Assembly (NCBI GenBank): GCA_964016885.1
Contig: OZ024745.1
Span: 67,890,001-67,954,000 of the forward strand
DNA: 64,000 nucleotides
Reading direction: 5' to 3'
From: Eledone cirrhosa
Taxonomy: Eukaryota
The notes under the pieces are model-generated. The model did no database searches. It was not told the DNA's origin and was given only the letters and a program-made list of their open reading frames with translations. Position 1 is the stretch's first letter. Each line of letters opens with the position of its first letter. The translations under genes and the position numbers were made by a program. Below are positions 1 to 13,557 of this stretch, piece after piece.

Positions 1-372
1 AGTGAAGGAGATGCAGATAGTAGAGATTGAAGAATACATGGTGATCAAAGGACAAGTTTGGACCAGTTTGGACAAGAATTGCAATGGACAGTATGGAATG
101 GAAGGATATGTCAAGTAATAGACTGATATATCCTAAAGGAGTAGAAACATTTTTCTTGCCTTTCCATGATATCATCACCATGTTCCCACAACTGGTGCTG
201 CCAGCTGTTGGGGTGCCACTCTAAACACTTTCGCAGTCAGCTGTCAGCACAGGTCTCTATTCTCCATCTAGTGTTGAAGAGTTTTGGTGTTGTGACCAGT
301 CCAGTGTTTGGTGTAGTCTGGTCTCAAATACCACAGTACTGTGAGATATTAAAAAAAAAATTTAAGCCTCAC

Positions 373-966
373 TATCATCATCATCATCATCATCAACGTT
401 TAACGTCCGTGTTCCACGCTTGCATGGGTTTGGACGGGGGTATTCCCACTTGAGGCAAGAGTGATTGTCTTGCTCGCATAGGACTGTCTGGCAGGTTTTC
501 TACAGTTGGTTGCCCTTCCTAACACCAACCACATTTACAGTGTGGGACTGGGAGGTTTTTACCGTGTTGCCTACACGGCCATATTACAGCGTGGACTGTG
601 TGTTTTTTTGTCGTGACACCTACACGATCTCATTTGTTTCGGCCTGGATGTTGTGGCACCAACATAACTTTACATAGGAGGGGGTGGTGTGGATGGGGGT
701 GTGGGTGGTGGGACGGGGGTGTATTTTGTTAGAGATGCCTACTGGCTGTAGTAGGTTTTACTATGTATTTAGGTAAGGCGGGTCTTCTCTATTACTGAGT
801 ACCGCCAAAGGTCTCGGTCCAGTGACATTGTCTTGAAGAGGTGTAAGTGTGTGAGGTCGGAGTTTATCAGCTCGTCCCAGGATTTTCTAGGTCTGCCTAT
901 TCCGTGGCTACCGTCTATCTTTATTGCCCTGCACTTTGTTATACAGCTATCGACTTTCATGCGCAA
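373..966 (-). mobile_element. RTE-clade LINE 3' fragment (ORF2 C-terminus, 3' UTR, (GAT)n tail)
   Basis: ORF 769-966(-) ends ...GRPRKSWDELINSDL...SLDRDLWR, the typical RTE ORF2 C-terminus. The tail is seen as (CAT)n at 373-394 on +. Confidence 0.75.
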
Positions 967-1097
967 TATTATATTTGTTCTAAGTAATATATATTGTAAT
1001 TACATCGGGCAGAGTCATTTTAGCCATTGAAAACACACAAAAACTGTTAACTTCACTTTACATTTATCATCTATTTCTTGATGAATATTTTTGAGAT

Positions 1098-1590
1098 GTA
1101 GTGGAACTGTGTGTGACTAGGTCATTAGCAGTGGAACTGTGTGAGTGACCAGGTCATTAGCAATAGAATTGTGTGAGTGACCAGGTCATTAGCAATGGAA
1201 TTGTGTGAGTGACCAGGTCATTAGCAATGGAATTGTGTGAGTGACCAGGTCATTAGCAATAGAATTGTGTGAGTGACCAGGTCATTAACAATGGAATTGT
1301 GTGTGACCAGGTCATTAGCAGTGGAACTGTGTGAATGACCAGGTCGTTAGCAGTAAAACTGTGAGTGACCAGGTCATTAGCAATGGAATTGTGTGTGTGA
1401 CCTGGTCGTTAGCAGTAGAACTGTGAGTGACCAGGTCGTTAGCAGTGGAACTGTGAGTGACCAGGTCGTTAACAGTGGAACTGTGACTAACCAGGTCGTT
1501 AGCAGTAGAACTGTGTGAGTGACCAGGTCGTAAACAGTAGAACTGTGTGAGTGACCAGGTCGTAAACAGTAGAACTGTGTGACCAAGTCA
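1098..1590. repeat. ~30-32 bp minisatellite (GTGTGAGTGACCAGGTCATTAGCAATGGAATT-like), ~15 copies
   Basis: Head-to-tail units with no unique spacers. Variants drift along the array (TCATT to TCGTT to TCGTA). Confidence 0.95.
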
Positions 1591-1645
1591 GTGTTAGCAG
1601 TGTGATAAAAATGTTAACACCAACTAATACATGATATATATATAA

Positions 1646-1768
1646 GTGAACTTTGCCTTTCATCCTCTTGGGGTCGATAAAATAAAGTACCAGTCACGCA
1701 CTGGGGTCGATTTAATTAACTTTCCCCTCCATCAAAATCACTGGCCTTGTGCCTATATAAGAAATCGA
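1646..1768 (+). mobile_element. SINE 3' part (Meta-domain-like family)
   Basis: CTTTGCCTTTCATCC...GGGGTCGATAAAATAAAGTACCAG...CTGGCCTTGTGCC is shared with many copies in the window. Confidence 0.85.
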
Positions 1769-2714
1769 TATATATATAAAGTGAACTTAACAGTTTTTGT
1801 GGGAATTACTAAAATGACACTGCCGTGATGTAATTGTTATAGTTTTAACACAGTCATAGATCAAGTCACTTGCTAGACAAGTTAAACTTTGACACACACA
1901 CACACACATATATATATATACACAAAGAAGTAACGAAGTTTTGTTTAGATCAAGTCCCTTGCTAGACAAATTAAACTTCGACGTACACACACATATATAT
2001 ACAAAGAAATAATAAAGTTTCGTTTACATGTTTCATTGATTATCAAGTCGATAATCAATAAAAACATGTAGACAAAACTTCATCGTTTCGAGTGCATCGA
2101 GTACTTATACTGGCTCCACCAATATAAGCACTCGAATCACCTATACTGCACACACACACACATACATACTGATATTTATAGCGTCTGCTGTTGTTATCTC
2201 CCTTTTCTTGTATAGTTTAACGTTCATTTTAGCTAGTAGCTTCCCTTGTATCCATTCTTTAGTGCAATTAAATCGACACAAACACGCATATAGTAAGAAG
2301 TCAGAGAAATAAATTTAATATATTTTTGCATATTAATTTTGTTTTTGTCATAATGAAACATATCTTCTTACTTTTCTTTTTCAGTATCAATAGTTTGTTA
2401 ACATTAAACAACAACAAAAACCAAAACCCAAACCAAAACAAACTAAACAGGATTTGTTAATACTGAATAAGAATTGCTACAATAAAAAGTCTGAAAATAG
2501 TTTCGTTTTTACTGTTTAGTTAGGGAGTGGAGGTTAGTTTCCACTGCATGTTTAAGGCCTCGCAACTGATGTGAGCTCGAGAAGAAATCCCCAATTCGGG
2601 GACTTGGCCCAAATTCCTGCAACAGAATTGACTCCTTTATAAGTGCTCTCAAACTATGTGGTGGTGTTAAACTGGGTGACAGGTAGAAGCAAACTGTGTT
2701 TTAAAACCAGGTGA

Positions 2715-2982
2715 TATTGACTAACAGACTGATAACTGTTGAGGGCCAAAGGTGTGACACTGACTAACAGACTACTGAGGAGAAAAGGTGTGTTTTCACT
2801 ACTCAGCAAAGGTGACACTGACTAAAAGTCTATTGAGGAGAAAAGGTGTGTTTTCACTTCTTAGCTAAGGTGACACTGACCAACAGACTACTGAGGACCA
2901 AAGGTATGTTTTCACTACTTAGCTAAGGTGACATAGACTAACAGACTACTGAGGAGAAAAGGTGTGTTTTCACTATTCAGCT
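2715..2982. repeat. ~58 bp minisatellite, ~4.5 copies
   Basis: Repeated AAGGTGACACTGACTAACAGACTACTGAGGAGAAAAGGTGTGTTTTCAC. Confidence 0.9.
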
Positions 2983-3689
2983 ATTGTGTTATCAAATAAC
3001 ACAATATATAGTACTGATTATAGAACCATATAGTACTATATATATAATAGTGATTATAGTACCAAATAGTGCTATATACAGTACTAAATAAAATAACAAT
3101 CTGAGAAAAAGGAAAAAAATAAAGAAAGAAAAAGGAAAAAAATAAAGAAAGAAATTGAGAAAATAACGTATTTTCAAATATGTATATTCTATTCATGACC
3201 CCCCCCCCCCCCAAGGGTGAAAAGACAAGCCATTTGTATAAATGCTATAAGTATTTGTAGTCCTGGCTTCCAGCTGACATATGGATTCAGTAGAAGACTC
3301 TCTATTAGTATCACTGGATGGGGTGAGTTCATTTAACCCTTTAGCATTTAAATTACTCAATATTTACTATTATATTTCACAGTAAAGGCTTTACCTCACA
3401 TAATATTTAATTTATGAGACTTTAATATTATTTATTTTAAGAACAGTACCATAACATCAGTATGAGCAGCTGATTACAACTGGTTTGAACAGAAAGAGGT
3501 GAGAGAATTCTGGATAGATACGGTTGGTTTAAATGCTAAAGGGTTAATCCTATTGGCTGATGTTTACTCATCTTCTTGGTTAATTTGACCCTGTTTACAT
3601 CAATGCTTCTGTCTATATATATTATCCCTCCCTACTAACTTTGTCTGAAGGCTGCCACTCTTCTCCTACCCTATTGTGTCGTCTGCCTC

Positions 3690-3990
3690 ATGGTCCTGGC
3701 TGACATTATCCCAGAGCATGGTGAGGAGATACACTGGAACAGCCATTCCACCTTGTGGGGCTCACATCTGCAGGCAGCCAACTCTGCTTCAAAAGCAGTG
3801 AGCCGGGATGTGGTCCTAGGGCCAAGAACGATGGAAGCCTTCATTGCTACAGGCTCAACCACAAACCTGTCAGAGAGTGGCTGATACTTTGACAGTTTGC
3901 CTTCATCAGCCTGGCGGATAGTGAAGCCTGGACTGGTAGCTGAACATACCAAGTTGTTGCTAGAGAAAGTGTTACAGCCTGTTTTACACA
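3690..3990 (-). mobile_element. CRE-clade-like non-LTR retrotransposon remnant (REL endonuclease C-terminus)
   Basis: KLSKYQPLSDRFVVEPVAMKASIVLGPRT...EPHKVEWLFQCIS resembles the KY..L...F.P.A.E..G..G....FL...EP.E..WLFQRIS motif. Confidence 0.6.
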
Positions 3991-4719
3991 GATGCCCTTT
4001 TAGTTGCCTCCTAGCACATTTTTTCACAGTCCTCACACAGATACACTGGTCATAAACCCACCATTACTAAGGTCTAATATAAATTAGCCTGACCAAGTTA
4101 ACTACTTTAAATTTCTCCCAGACATCACACCTTTTTCTCCACATCTAGCTACAACACTAACTTGACAAATGATCCAACATCTTTTTGTTGACCACCAGTC
4201 ATCATCACAACAGATATCAATGAAGAAAGCAAATATTCTTTTACAAGCTTCAAAAAGTTCCAAAAAGCAGAATAAAGATTGGATTTCCGTCAGTTTGGAT
4301 GATGAGTTTTCGAGTTGTTTGGTCAACTGAGTGACTCCTACTTATTAAATTAAAATATAGCTGAATATTCCCTAGGCACATGTACCCAGACATGTACATG
4401 ACAGTGTATTATATGGTTGGCCCTTTGGATTACAGTTATTGTCTCTGTTTTATGTCTATAAATATACACTTTATGTTGTGAGATTGTTCTGAGTTAAAAC
4501 CAGGATCAGAAAATTGACTATTGTGAAAAGTGAGTATGTTTAGGAAGCTGTACTATGCAAGTGGATCATAGAATTAATTACCAAGGCAACAAATAACATA
4601 TAGCGGTGTGGTAAATATATATAAATACATATACACATGGTCCAAACTCAAAGGAACTGACCTCCCACTGTCACTGCCTCCGTCTCTCCTGTTCTACCCA
4701 TCTCTCACTATTATGAGCA

Positions 4720-4917
4720 AATGGGAGCCCACGCGTTGGCTGTCCTGTGGTCCCGGTGGACAGAATAGAAAAGGTGTTTCCCTCGGAGGATAGTGAGAGA
4801 GATGCGCTTGAAGAGCCATTCTAGCTTGCGAGGTTCACACCTGTCCATAGCCAACTCTGTGCAGATGGTGGTGAGTAGGGAGGTGACCCTAGGGCCAAGG
4901 ACACCAGAAATCTCCAC
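4720..4917 (-). mobile_element. CRE-clade-like REL C-terminal remnant (2nd copy)
   Basis: EISGVLGPRVTSLLTTICTELAMDRCEPRKLEWLFKRISLTILRG; homologous to 3690-3990. Confidence 0.65.
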
Positions 4918-5017
4918 TACTATAAAAGGAAGAGAATGACTGAATTGTTACCTGGGATTCATAAATTACTAAGGTAACATTCAGTCATTCTTTTCCTATT
5001 ATTTTTCTCCTCAAAGG

Positions 5018-5180
5018 GAGGTGGATTGGCAGAATCGGTAGAGCATCGATGCTTAGCGACATAGAGTTACGGCCCTTTACGTTCTGATTTCAAATCCTGC
5101 TAAGGATATAAAATAAAGTACCAGCAATGTACTGGGGTCGATTTAATTGACTCTCCATTTCCCTCACAATTGTTGGCCTT
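5018..5180 (+). mobile_element. tRNA-derived SINE (internally deleted)
   Basis: GGTGGATTGGCAGAATCGGTAGAGC head, TTCAAATCC B-box, ATAAAGTACCAG body. Confidence 0.75.
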
Positions 5181-5704
5181 CTACCCCATCTCTTAATTTC
5201 CTTCAGATTTATTACCTTGGTAATTCTATAACCCATGTGCATTGTATGGCTTCCTAGTCACCCACTTTTCACTTTCATATTCCACAATGATACACCTTAA
5301 GACTATTGCAATTTTGGGTTTCCATACATTTTCTCCTCCACATCTATTTTACTACCTGCCATGGGTTCTCTGATCTAGACAACATATAACCTTATTAACA
5401 TTCTGCCTGGTTATAAACAGAACCTAGTTCCCGCTTACATGCTCACATTAACATGGGGTTTAACATGAAGCAGCCTTCACAACAAGACAAGCTATGTTTA
5501 TATACACTTAATAGATTACATCATATGTTTATATACACAAAACAGATAACATCTGAGGCTGAGTGAGGAAAGGTATAATTAATTTGTATTTAGAGAGAAA
5601 GTGCCTTAGTTCCAACCTTAAATAAAACAGATGGGATTCTGTTGATGCTGACGAAAATATATAAAATACTGACCTTTGAGCCACTGGTATAGCTTCACAG
5701 TTAT

Positions 5705-5850
5705 AATAATTGTTTCTACTTTTGGCACAAGGCCAGCAATTATCCCAGTGTATTACAGGTACTTTATTTTATCGACCCTGTAAGGATGAAAGGCAAAGTT
5801 AACCTCGGCGGGATTTGAACTCAGAATGGCAAGGGCCGTAACTCTATGCT
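5705..5850 (-). mobile_element. tRNA-derived SINE
   Basis: Reverse complement of the family seen at 21709 and 22173. Confidence 0.85.
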
Positions 5851-6789
5851 TGATTTTAGCAGTTTAGAGGTTAAAGAAGGATTACAGAAACAATCATTAC
5901 ATATTTAATCTGATTTACATATAAACTAAATGGGCCTCATCATATTGGGAGCTCAATTACATTCTAAATATATATTATAATAGAATTATAAAACATGACA
6001 TTTTTGTCAAATTTTTGGTTATTAAAATTGTTATTAAATGCATGTTCTTGAGCCAAGGTATTTAGTAGCTTTAATCCAGCCCCAATTAAAAAATATATTC
6101 TTTTAGAAATTAAAGATCCCTCCTCCCCAATAAAATATATTCAAGTAGCAATTGATAAAACCTGGTTGTTACTTAGGAACTAGCACTACTTGACATTCAT
6201 TTAGATGTTGAGGTTGTTTTAGCCAAATATGCAAGATGTGTATGAATGAAGGTGGTGGGGGAGGAATTCAAGATTGTGCACCCAGTTCCAGCAATGGATA
6301 TATAAAAGGTGCGTTAAGATCTCTGACAGATTAATAAGGGAACCAAGACTTCAAATGTGATAGATATACAAGAATAGTTAGCAGTAGCAGCACACATTAA
6401 ATTAAATCTGTGGTCTGACCAGATAGCTCGTAAATGTAGTAGGGTGATTATGTAACCAAGGTAATATAATCAGTAGTATGCATGGCTGTGATATTGATGG
6501 ATTCTCGGTCGGTTTCGACGATGAGCAATTAATTAATTAAACAACTGAACGTCTAAACTGAATTATTGAGTAAGTGGTTGAGTATTCCACAGACACGTGT
6601 ACCCATAACATAACCTCCAACCAAGTCAAATTAGCAGGACACTCTGTGTGACACGACAGGTCATTTGCATTACAGGTATAGGCCATCAAAAGGGTTATTA
6701 AACAGTTTCCACCTACTCTATTTCACTCACAAGACTTGAGTCGACTCGAGGCTTTGGCAAGGACTAAGTTTATGCAGTCATAGGTTTTA

Positions 6790-7460
6790 TGAAGGCGCAT
6801 GGCTTAGTGGTTAGAGAATTTGATTTGCAATCGTGATGGTGTGTGAGTTCGATTCCTGGATCAGGCGATATGTTATGTCCTTGAGCAAGACACTTTATTT
6901 CACGTTGCTCTTTCTGCCAGAAGCTGCGACTGCTAGATAGTATCAGCAATGAAAAAAACCCAATGGAAACATTGTTTCCTTGGTCCGATTTGACAAGTTC
7001 CACCCCAGTCGGTAAGCGAATGAGGTCAAATCTTGTCGATGAATTTGATCGAAAAGGGTTTTCTAATTAGGTCGACGTGAGACACATGGGTGGAGAATTT
7101 GATTTGCAATCGTGAGGTTGTGAGTTCGATTCCTGGATCAGGCGATATGTTATGTCCTTGAGCAAGACACTTTATTTCACGTTGCTCTTTCTGCCAGAAG
7201 CTGCGACTGCTAGATAGTATCAGCAATGAAAAAAACCCAATGGAAACATTGTTTCCTTGGTCCGATTTGACAAGTTCCACCCCAGTCGGTAAGCGAATGA
7301 GGTCAAATCTTGTCGATCAATTTGATCGAAAAGGGTTTTCTAATTAGGTCGACGTGAGACACATGGGTGGCTATGATAAAGATACTTGCCCAAGATGCTA
7401 CACTGTGGAATCGAACCTGTGACTTCATACTTGCAAAGCAAAGTTCTCAACTCTCAACTA
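6790..7460 (+). mobile_element. tRNA/CORE-type SINE with ~278 bp tandem duplication (6813-7092 / 7093-7370)
   Basis: GGCGCATGGCTTAGTGGTTAGA A-box, GAGTTCGATTCC B-box and CCTTGAGCAAGACACTT core. Two near-identical units are present (ORFs 6770 and 7026 share their N-termini). Confidence 0.85.
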
Positions 7461-8517
7461 TGCTAACGTCCATACTGAGTAAGTTTAAGCAGTGTCAGGC
7501 TTTGTAATTAGGTCGAATTCAGTTGATGAGATTTACTAGCTTTTCTTGATTTTGAGAGGAGTGGTTGGTCGATAAAAGCGTTCGCTGTGATTTCTAGTGA
7601 AACTGGACTGGAATCAATAAGTAGAAATATGTTTGAGGCCACCAAACAACCGACATCTGTAAAAGTCATTAATTTTTTTTCTGCCTATTATAGAATTATT
7701 GTCCATGGAGATAATTTTACATAAAATAATAAATTACATGGTATTTCTTCTTTAGAATCTTTGTGCAAGTTACACTTTGATCGAAACCGTCTCAATTTCC
7801 TTCCTCACCTAAAAAATGTTATCTCTCTTGAACGTCTGAATTATTAAAAGCAAAGCCAAAAGAAGGAAAAAAACACCCACATAAAAATATATATAAAAAT
7901 GAAGAAAGAAAAGTAAAACACAAAACAAAACAAAAAATAACAAAAAAAAAAAGAAAGGAATCCAAATAAATGAAGGAAGACTATATGGTCTGTTGCTCAG
8001 AAGAGAACAGATGTATCACAGAGAAAAATAAGATATCATTGAAAGTTTTATCAAATCTTTGTTTATCTTTATAATTCCTGAAGTCTTCAATTGTTATTTT
8101 TTTGTATTTCTAGAGAATGTCAGTCACAAACTTAATTTTTTGTTTCGAACGATGACAATCAAAATTACACTTTTTACCGGCACTAATTGAATTGCAAAAT
8201 TTATGAGAGTTATTGACAAATGTAATGAGCAGATTTTAAGAGTACTACACAGAATTTCCATTATAACAGGAATGAGTTATGTCATATTTTAAATGAGGCT
8301 ACCAGGTACGGGTTGGATTATGCTTTAAAAGAAAAACTAACCCTTTTCACACCGTCTCAAAATGGCTCTGGTTTTACGATTTAAAGCTGTTTAATCTAAT
8401 ATTGATGGTATGACAAAGACAAGATCAATGGAATTGTTCGTGATGTAAACTTCTGCTATGAATACTTTCTGTATCCATGTCTTATATAGGCCATTAATTA
8501 CTGATGGAGTTAAAGGG

Positions 8518-8750
8518 GTGGTGTTAAACCGAGTGGTATGTTATGTCTGCAAATTAAAATAAAGACTCCTGTGGACCAGGGAGTAGTGTTAAACCGAGTG
8601 GTATGTTATGCTTAGTATCCAAAATAAAGACTCCTGTAGACCAGGGAATAATGTTAAACCGGGTAGTATGTTATGTCTGCCACCCAAAATAAAACCACAC
8701 CAAAACATCAAGGACTAGTGTTAAACCAGGTGGCATGTTATATCTGCCAA
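8518..8750. repeat. ~65 bp minisatellite, 4 copies
   Basis: Repeated GTGTTAAACCGAGTGGTATGTTATG...AAAATAAAGACTCCTGT. Confidence 0.85.
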
Positions 8751-9199
8751 TCAAGCTGAAGATGTCCAAGCGCCAGATTGATACTGTATGATTTTGGCGG
8801 TGATTGTTAAAACAAACTAAAACAACTTAAAGGTAATTTTAATATAAGGGTTACTTTGTAATTGGATTTTCTGGAAGAGAAAATTCCGTTACCAAATGTT
8901 TAAACTTCGAAAAATTGGCTTTAATTGGGTGTGAAGTGATCTAAAGCTAAAACAAAAACAAAACAACCAAATTCTACGTCGAAATGTTTTAGATGTTATT
9001 CTTTAATTAACAAACAGACTTGGAATTTTAATTGGATTTATAGAAGTTGGTTAATGTGTGATTAAATATTACATTGAAACTGTCAAACTGTTGACAATTG
9101 AGGAAAAAATATTTTAAAGTTATTCAATTGAAAATGGACTGGAATAGAGCTCCGTCGGTTTTGAGGTGGACTGGAATAAAGGGACGTAAGTTGAGGTTG

Positions 9200-9930
9200 A
9201 CTGGAACAAAGCAAGTATGTTTTCCGACGCTCTACCGATACTGCTAATACACCGTCCTAAGTATTGTGATAATGATTACTATAGACCAGGTTCCAAGCAT
9301 GGTCGTGTGGTTAAGATGTTCACTTCACAATCTCACTTTCATTACATCTTGACCAAATGTTTTCTACTATAGACCTGGTAACACGCATGGTCGTGTGGTT
9401 AAGATGTTGATTTCAGAATTTCATTTACATTACATCTTGACTAAGTGTTTTCTACTATAGATCCGGTTCGTCTCAAGCTTCTGAATGTAATTGGGTAGAT
9501 GGAAACTGTGTAAAAGTTGATCGACTGAACTGCAGTTGTTATTGAGTATTAGACCAGATCAGTTGATTCAATCGATGACGTCATTTTACTACTATTTACA
9601 CAAGAGCTGTTACAGCTACTTATATTTATAGCAGATCTACTGAAGGTGGTAAAGATATTTGGTTCATGATCGTAAGGGCATGAGTTTGATTCTCGGTGCG
9701 TTGTGTCCTTCAGCAAGACCCTTTGTTTCTCATTGCTCCTGTTTACTCAGCTGGAAGAAAATGAGTTGAACCTGTAACTGGAAAGTCCTGTCTTGTCACA
9801 CCCTGGGCCACGTTGAATCTTCCCGAGAACTACGTTAAGGATACACATGTCCAATGTGCCATGCAGTGGAACTGAACCCGAAACTACGTGGTTGCGACGT
9901 GAACTCGTTAACCACACAGCCATACCTTCA
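9200..9930. mobile_element. Cluster of decayed tRNA-derived SINEs
   Basis: Two GCATGGTCGTGTGGTTAAGATGTT heads (9297, 9386), a CORE-like segment at 9650-9860 and an antisense head at 9860-9925. Confidence 0.7.
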
Positions 9931-10249
9931 CCTACGTTTATTTATTTATTTTTCTTTTTATGTTTAATTCTTGAATGTGATAAATTCCATTCGTGGACCA
10001 ATATTTCCACCAGTTTATGCAAAGACATTGACATAAAATATAACAATTCTCTGTTTATTACTCGCACACACTATCATAAAATAATCTCATGCTGGAACAA
10101 AGAACTAATATTTGCTGTGAGATTTCTCTTGACATCGTTTAATGTCCACAGTCGAGTATTAACGCAGTCGCAGTTTTTTATACGATGATCTGTCTAACGT
10201 TCAAATCTTCTATTGTTATTACCAGGTACACAAGATACAGATACTTTCC

Positions 10250-10339
<90 letters not shown>

Positions 10340-10605
10340 AAAAGTATATATATATATATATAAAAGATCACATTATTGTGAAAATTCAATCTCTTTTGTT
10401 CAGTGTTGGTAAGTATTAGAATGATCTCACCTTTACCAGAATCTTTCTCTACGGGATATTTATAATCATCTACTAAATCTGGATGACACGTCGAGGAATT
10501 ATAATTTTCATGCAATTTTCATGCGACACAAATTATAATTTCCATTGTCAAAGACAGCCACAATGAACACGGCAGCACGCATCAATTCATTCAAGGACTT
10601 TAATA

Positions 10606-10720
10606 TCTTCTTCTTCTTCTTCTTCTTCTTCTTCTTCTTCTTCTTCTTCTTCTTCTTCTTCTTCTTCTTCTTCTTCTTCTTCTTCTTCTTCTTCTTCTTC
10701 TTCTTCTTCTTCTTCTTCTT
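10606..10720. repeat. (TTC)n microsatellite
   Basis: Pure trinucleotide run; explains the poly-F/E/R ORFs. Confidence 0.99.
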
Positions 10721-11280
10721 GGTGATGCCTCCTCCGTCGGTTTCGGCGATGAGAGTTCAGTTGTTTGATCAACTAAGTACAAAATGTCTAGACTATCACA
10801 CAACTCTCTATACAATTGCTACTGATGGCGATGGATTCTCCATCGGATTTCGACGAAGAACATTCAGTTGTGCGATCTACTGAATGCGCAACTCGGGAAT
10901 TAACGTGTAACGTGGTAGAGTAACCAACAGAAACGTGTATCCTTAAAGCAATTCCCAAGCCGAATCAACGTGATACAATATGTGACAAAGCTGGACCTTT
11001 GAAATGCAAGTACAATCCATCCTACGGGCATCCATACAGTTTCCGTCAACCAATTTCTTGGGAGCAGCAAATCAAACAATTTTGGAGGTGGTGGTGGTGG
11101 TGAGGGTAGAGGAGACCCGTTAATGTATTAGTAATTCCATTTTAAGGGCGGTGGATTAATACAGTAGGTAGAGTAGCTGACAAATAGTCTTGAGTAATAG
11201 ACCTCCATATATTGAGTTCAAATCTTGCCGATATAGACGTTGCTTTCCCACTTTCCGGTGATAAGGCTAGATGTTTGAAT

Positions 11281-11401
<121 letters not shown>

Positions 11402-11909
11402 TTTATTTGAGAGAATAGGGTGTATAAGGAGGCGCACCTTGTGAAGCTAACCTAGGGCGCTAAATACCTAAGCACCATTCTGACCTCACAAGACACACAG
11501 ACAGCCTCATATGCAGATAATATCACACCCAAACCCTCTCACCATTCTTCAGACGTTGCTTCACATTGACTAAGTGGGTGACTTGATACAACCACAAAGA
11601 CTGATATGAATGTCACGCCTCGTCGTTCGACCAAATAATAGAACTGCTCTATCAGAACTGACCTGGGGGTACATAAACAAAAATCAAATCATACATAATC
11701 AATTATATAAAATTAAATAAATGAATTCACTACTGCTACATTTGGTTAAAATGATTCATAATATTGATCACGCTCAAATATTACAAATGTAGTATTAAAG
11801 AAAGCAGCGATTTGAGAAAAATGTCAGTAAAGAAATCGAGAAACATATTTTCACCACCAGCACCAGCACCAACACCACACCAACATATCCACCGCCACCG
11901 CCTCCGTTA

Positions 11910-12572
11910 GTTGTATGGGATCCTCTTTTCATCGAACGTCACAATGCAACCAAGAAATGGATTGCTTTTGTTACACAAAAGAAGCGAAGAGCAGATTTCA
12001 TAACGGCAATCTTTCTGGTTTTTGTTCAATTCATGTGACTATAAATTTTCAAGGCTCTCCGACTTTTCAGTTCGGTTCAAATATTCAGAAATTATTCCAA
12101 TTTTTACATTTAGCTCTTTGGCTGGAACAGTTATGTAATGGGTTTACTTCCACCATAGTCTTCAATTCATTGTTGTCAATGACAGGACGTCTGTGATCTT
12201 CCTTATCTTCAAGAGTAAATTTACCATGACGGAATTTTTGAAACCAGCCTTGCACTGTGTATTCATTAACACTTCGGTCGAGTTTAAACTCATAGGAATA
12301 AAGCGGTCGAGTTTAAACTCATAGGAATAAATTTGGTGAAAATCCTGTTTTTACAGGATTTTCGACAAATTTTGTACATCATAAATTCAAATATCATAGA
12401 TGCAATTATTATTAAACGAATTACATACCGAGAAAGAGCATACAATAACCTTTAAAATGATGTAATACTTGAGTCAAATCACCTTATTTGACTTTTTATT
12501 TGAAACAAAAAAAACAAAACAAAAACAAAAAAACCATATAACTTGCATTAAATTTCTGAACAGCCAAATATA
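11910..12572 (-). mobile_element. mariner (DD34D-type) transposon relic, 5' part
   Basis: The minus strand reads VNEYTVQGWFQKFRHGKFTLEDK..RPVIDNNELK (mariner HTH/GRP region) with stops and frameshifts. A TIR-like TTGCATTAAATTTCTGAACAGCCAAATA lies near 12543-12570. Confidence 0.75.
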
Positions 12573-12936
12573 TGCATACATGTATTAATCAATCAATCAA
12601 TATATTTATCTATATAGCTATCTATCTCTCTCTCTCTCTACCTGACGCGTGGAACATCGCCGGTAAGATTTTTGTAAATTTATATACGAAAAACAGAACA
12701 AATTGTTTGAAAAAATATAATTTTTTGTAGATTAACCCCCAAGCTGAATTGTCAGCTGGGTGGTAATCCCATTTTTAGCCCCTTTAGGGCGAAAATTTAA
12801 TTTAAAAATTGTTTTAAAATATCAAATTTTGCCAACTATAAAACATGAATAACACGGAAAGAACGCTGGAGAACGTCGACAGAGAAAAGAGAGAGAGAAA
12901 GAGGCAGATTTTAACGTTATATCTGCTTCTGCTACT

Positions 12937-13557
12937 ATGGACGTCGCCATAGATACGACTGTCAACAAAGGAAAAAAAGTATTGCCACTTGAAGATTCTA
13001 CAATTTCTACCGTCGAAGCGGAGAGAAATGAAAACTCAGGAATCAAACCCAATCTAAAAAACAAAAAAAAAGAGACACAACAAAACCCCCAAAACTCCAA
13101 TCACCAACACCAACACACAACCACAGACACAAACAACAACACAAACAACACCATAGTCAAACATCCCCCAAAACCAATACCAACACCACCCAAAACACAA
13201 GCACCGACCATAAAAAGAAAACTCCCGGACGAACAACTAACTAAAACAACACAACAAAAACACAAACAACAATATGCATACATCAACACAAACAACAAGA
13301 GTTTGATGGAAGTCATCTCCCAAAACCCCAAGGTGGAGACGGAGGGCAAAACTTTCGTCAAGGCAGAATCGTCTCCACATCTTAAACTTATAAGGGTTTC
13401 TATGGAAACCTATAATGACCTAAAAATTAAATTTTCACAGGACGTGGGCAACCCCTGCCAGAAACCCATCAACCGCGTCCTGTTAAAATGTTTCCCCACC
13501 CCATCCAGCACCCAAATGGAGATTGAACAACCCGATCTCCAGGAAACGAAAAGGTAA
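12937..13557 (+). CDS. Tx1 LINE ORF1-position protein (206 aa, largely low-complexity)
   Basis: Open ATG-TAA frame ending 41 bp before the ORF2 ATG. It is K/T/N/Q/P-rich, with no recognisable RRM or zinc knuckle. Confidence 0.55.
   Translation: MDVAIDTTVNKGKKVLPLEDSTISTVEAERNENSGIKPNLKNKKKETQQNPQNSNHQHQHTTTDTNNNTNNTIVKHPPKPIPTPPKTQAPTIKRKLPDEQLTKTTQQKHKQQYAYINTNNKSLMEVISQNPKVETEGKTFVKAESSPHLKLIRVSMETYNDLKIKFSQDVGNPCQKPINRVLLKCFPTPSSTQMEIEQPDLQETKR

Noticed and set aside
1-140. Possible RTE ORF2 C-terminus on + (..IAMDSMEWKDM)
   Set aside because: Too short and decayed, and cut by the window edge.
1098-1590. Regular ~32 bp repeats resembling a CRISPR array
   Set aside because: No unique spacers, no cas genes, eukaryotic context; it is a minisatellite.
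4102-4330. Short ORFs on both strands with a possible splice acceptor at ~4121
   Set aside because: No recognisable domain or partner exons.
10219-10515. Possible minus-strand exon (MHENYNSS...DSGK|GTGAG)
   Set aside because: Only a donor-like site supports it; no homology recognised.
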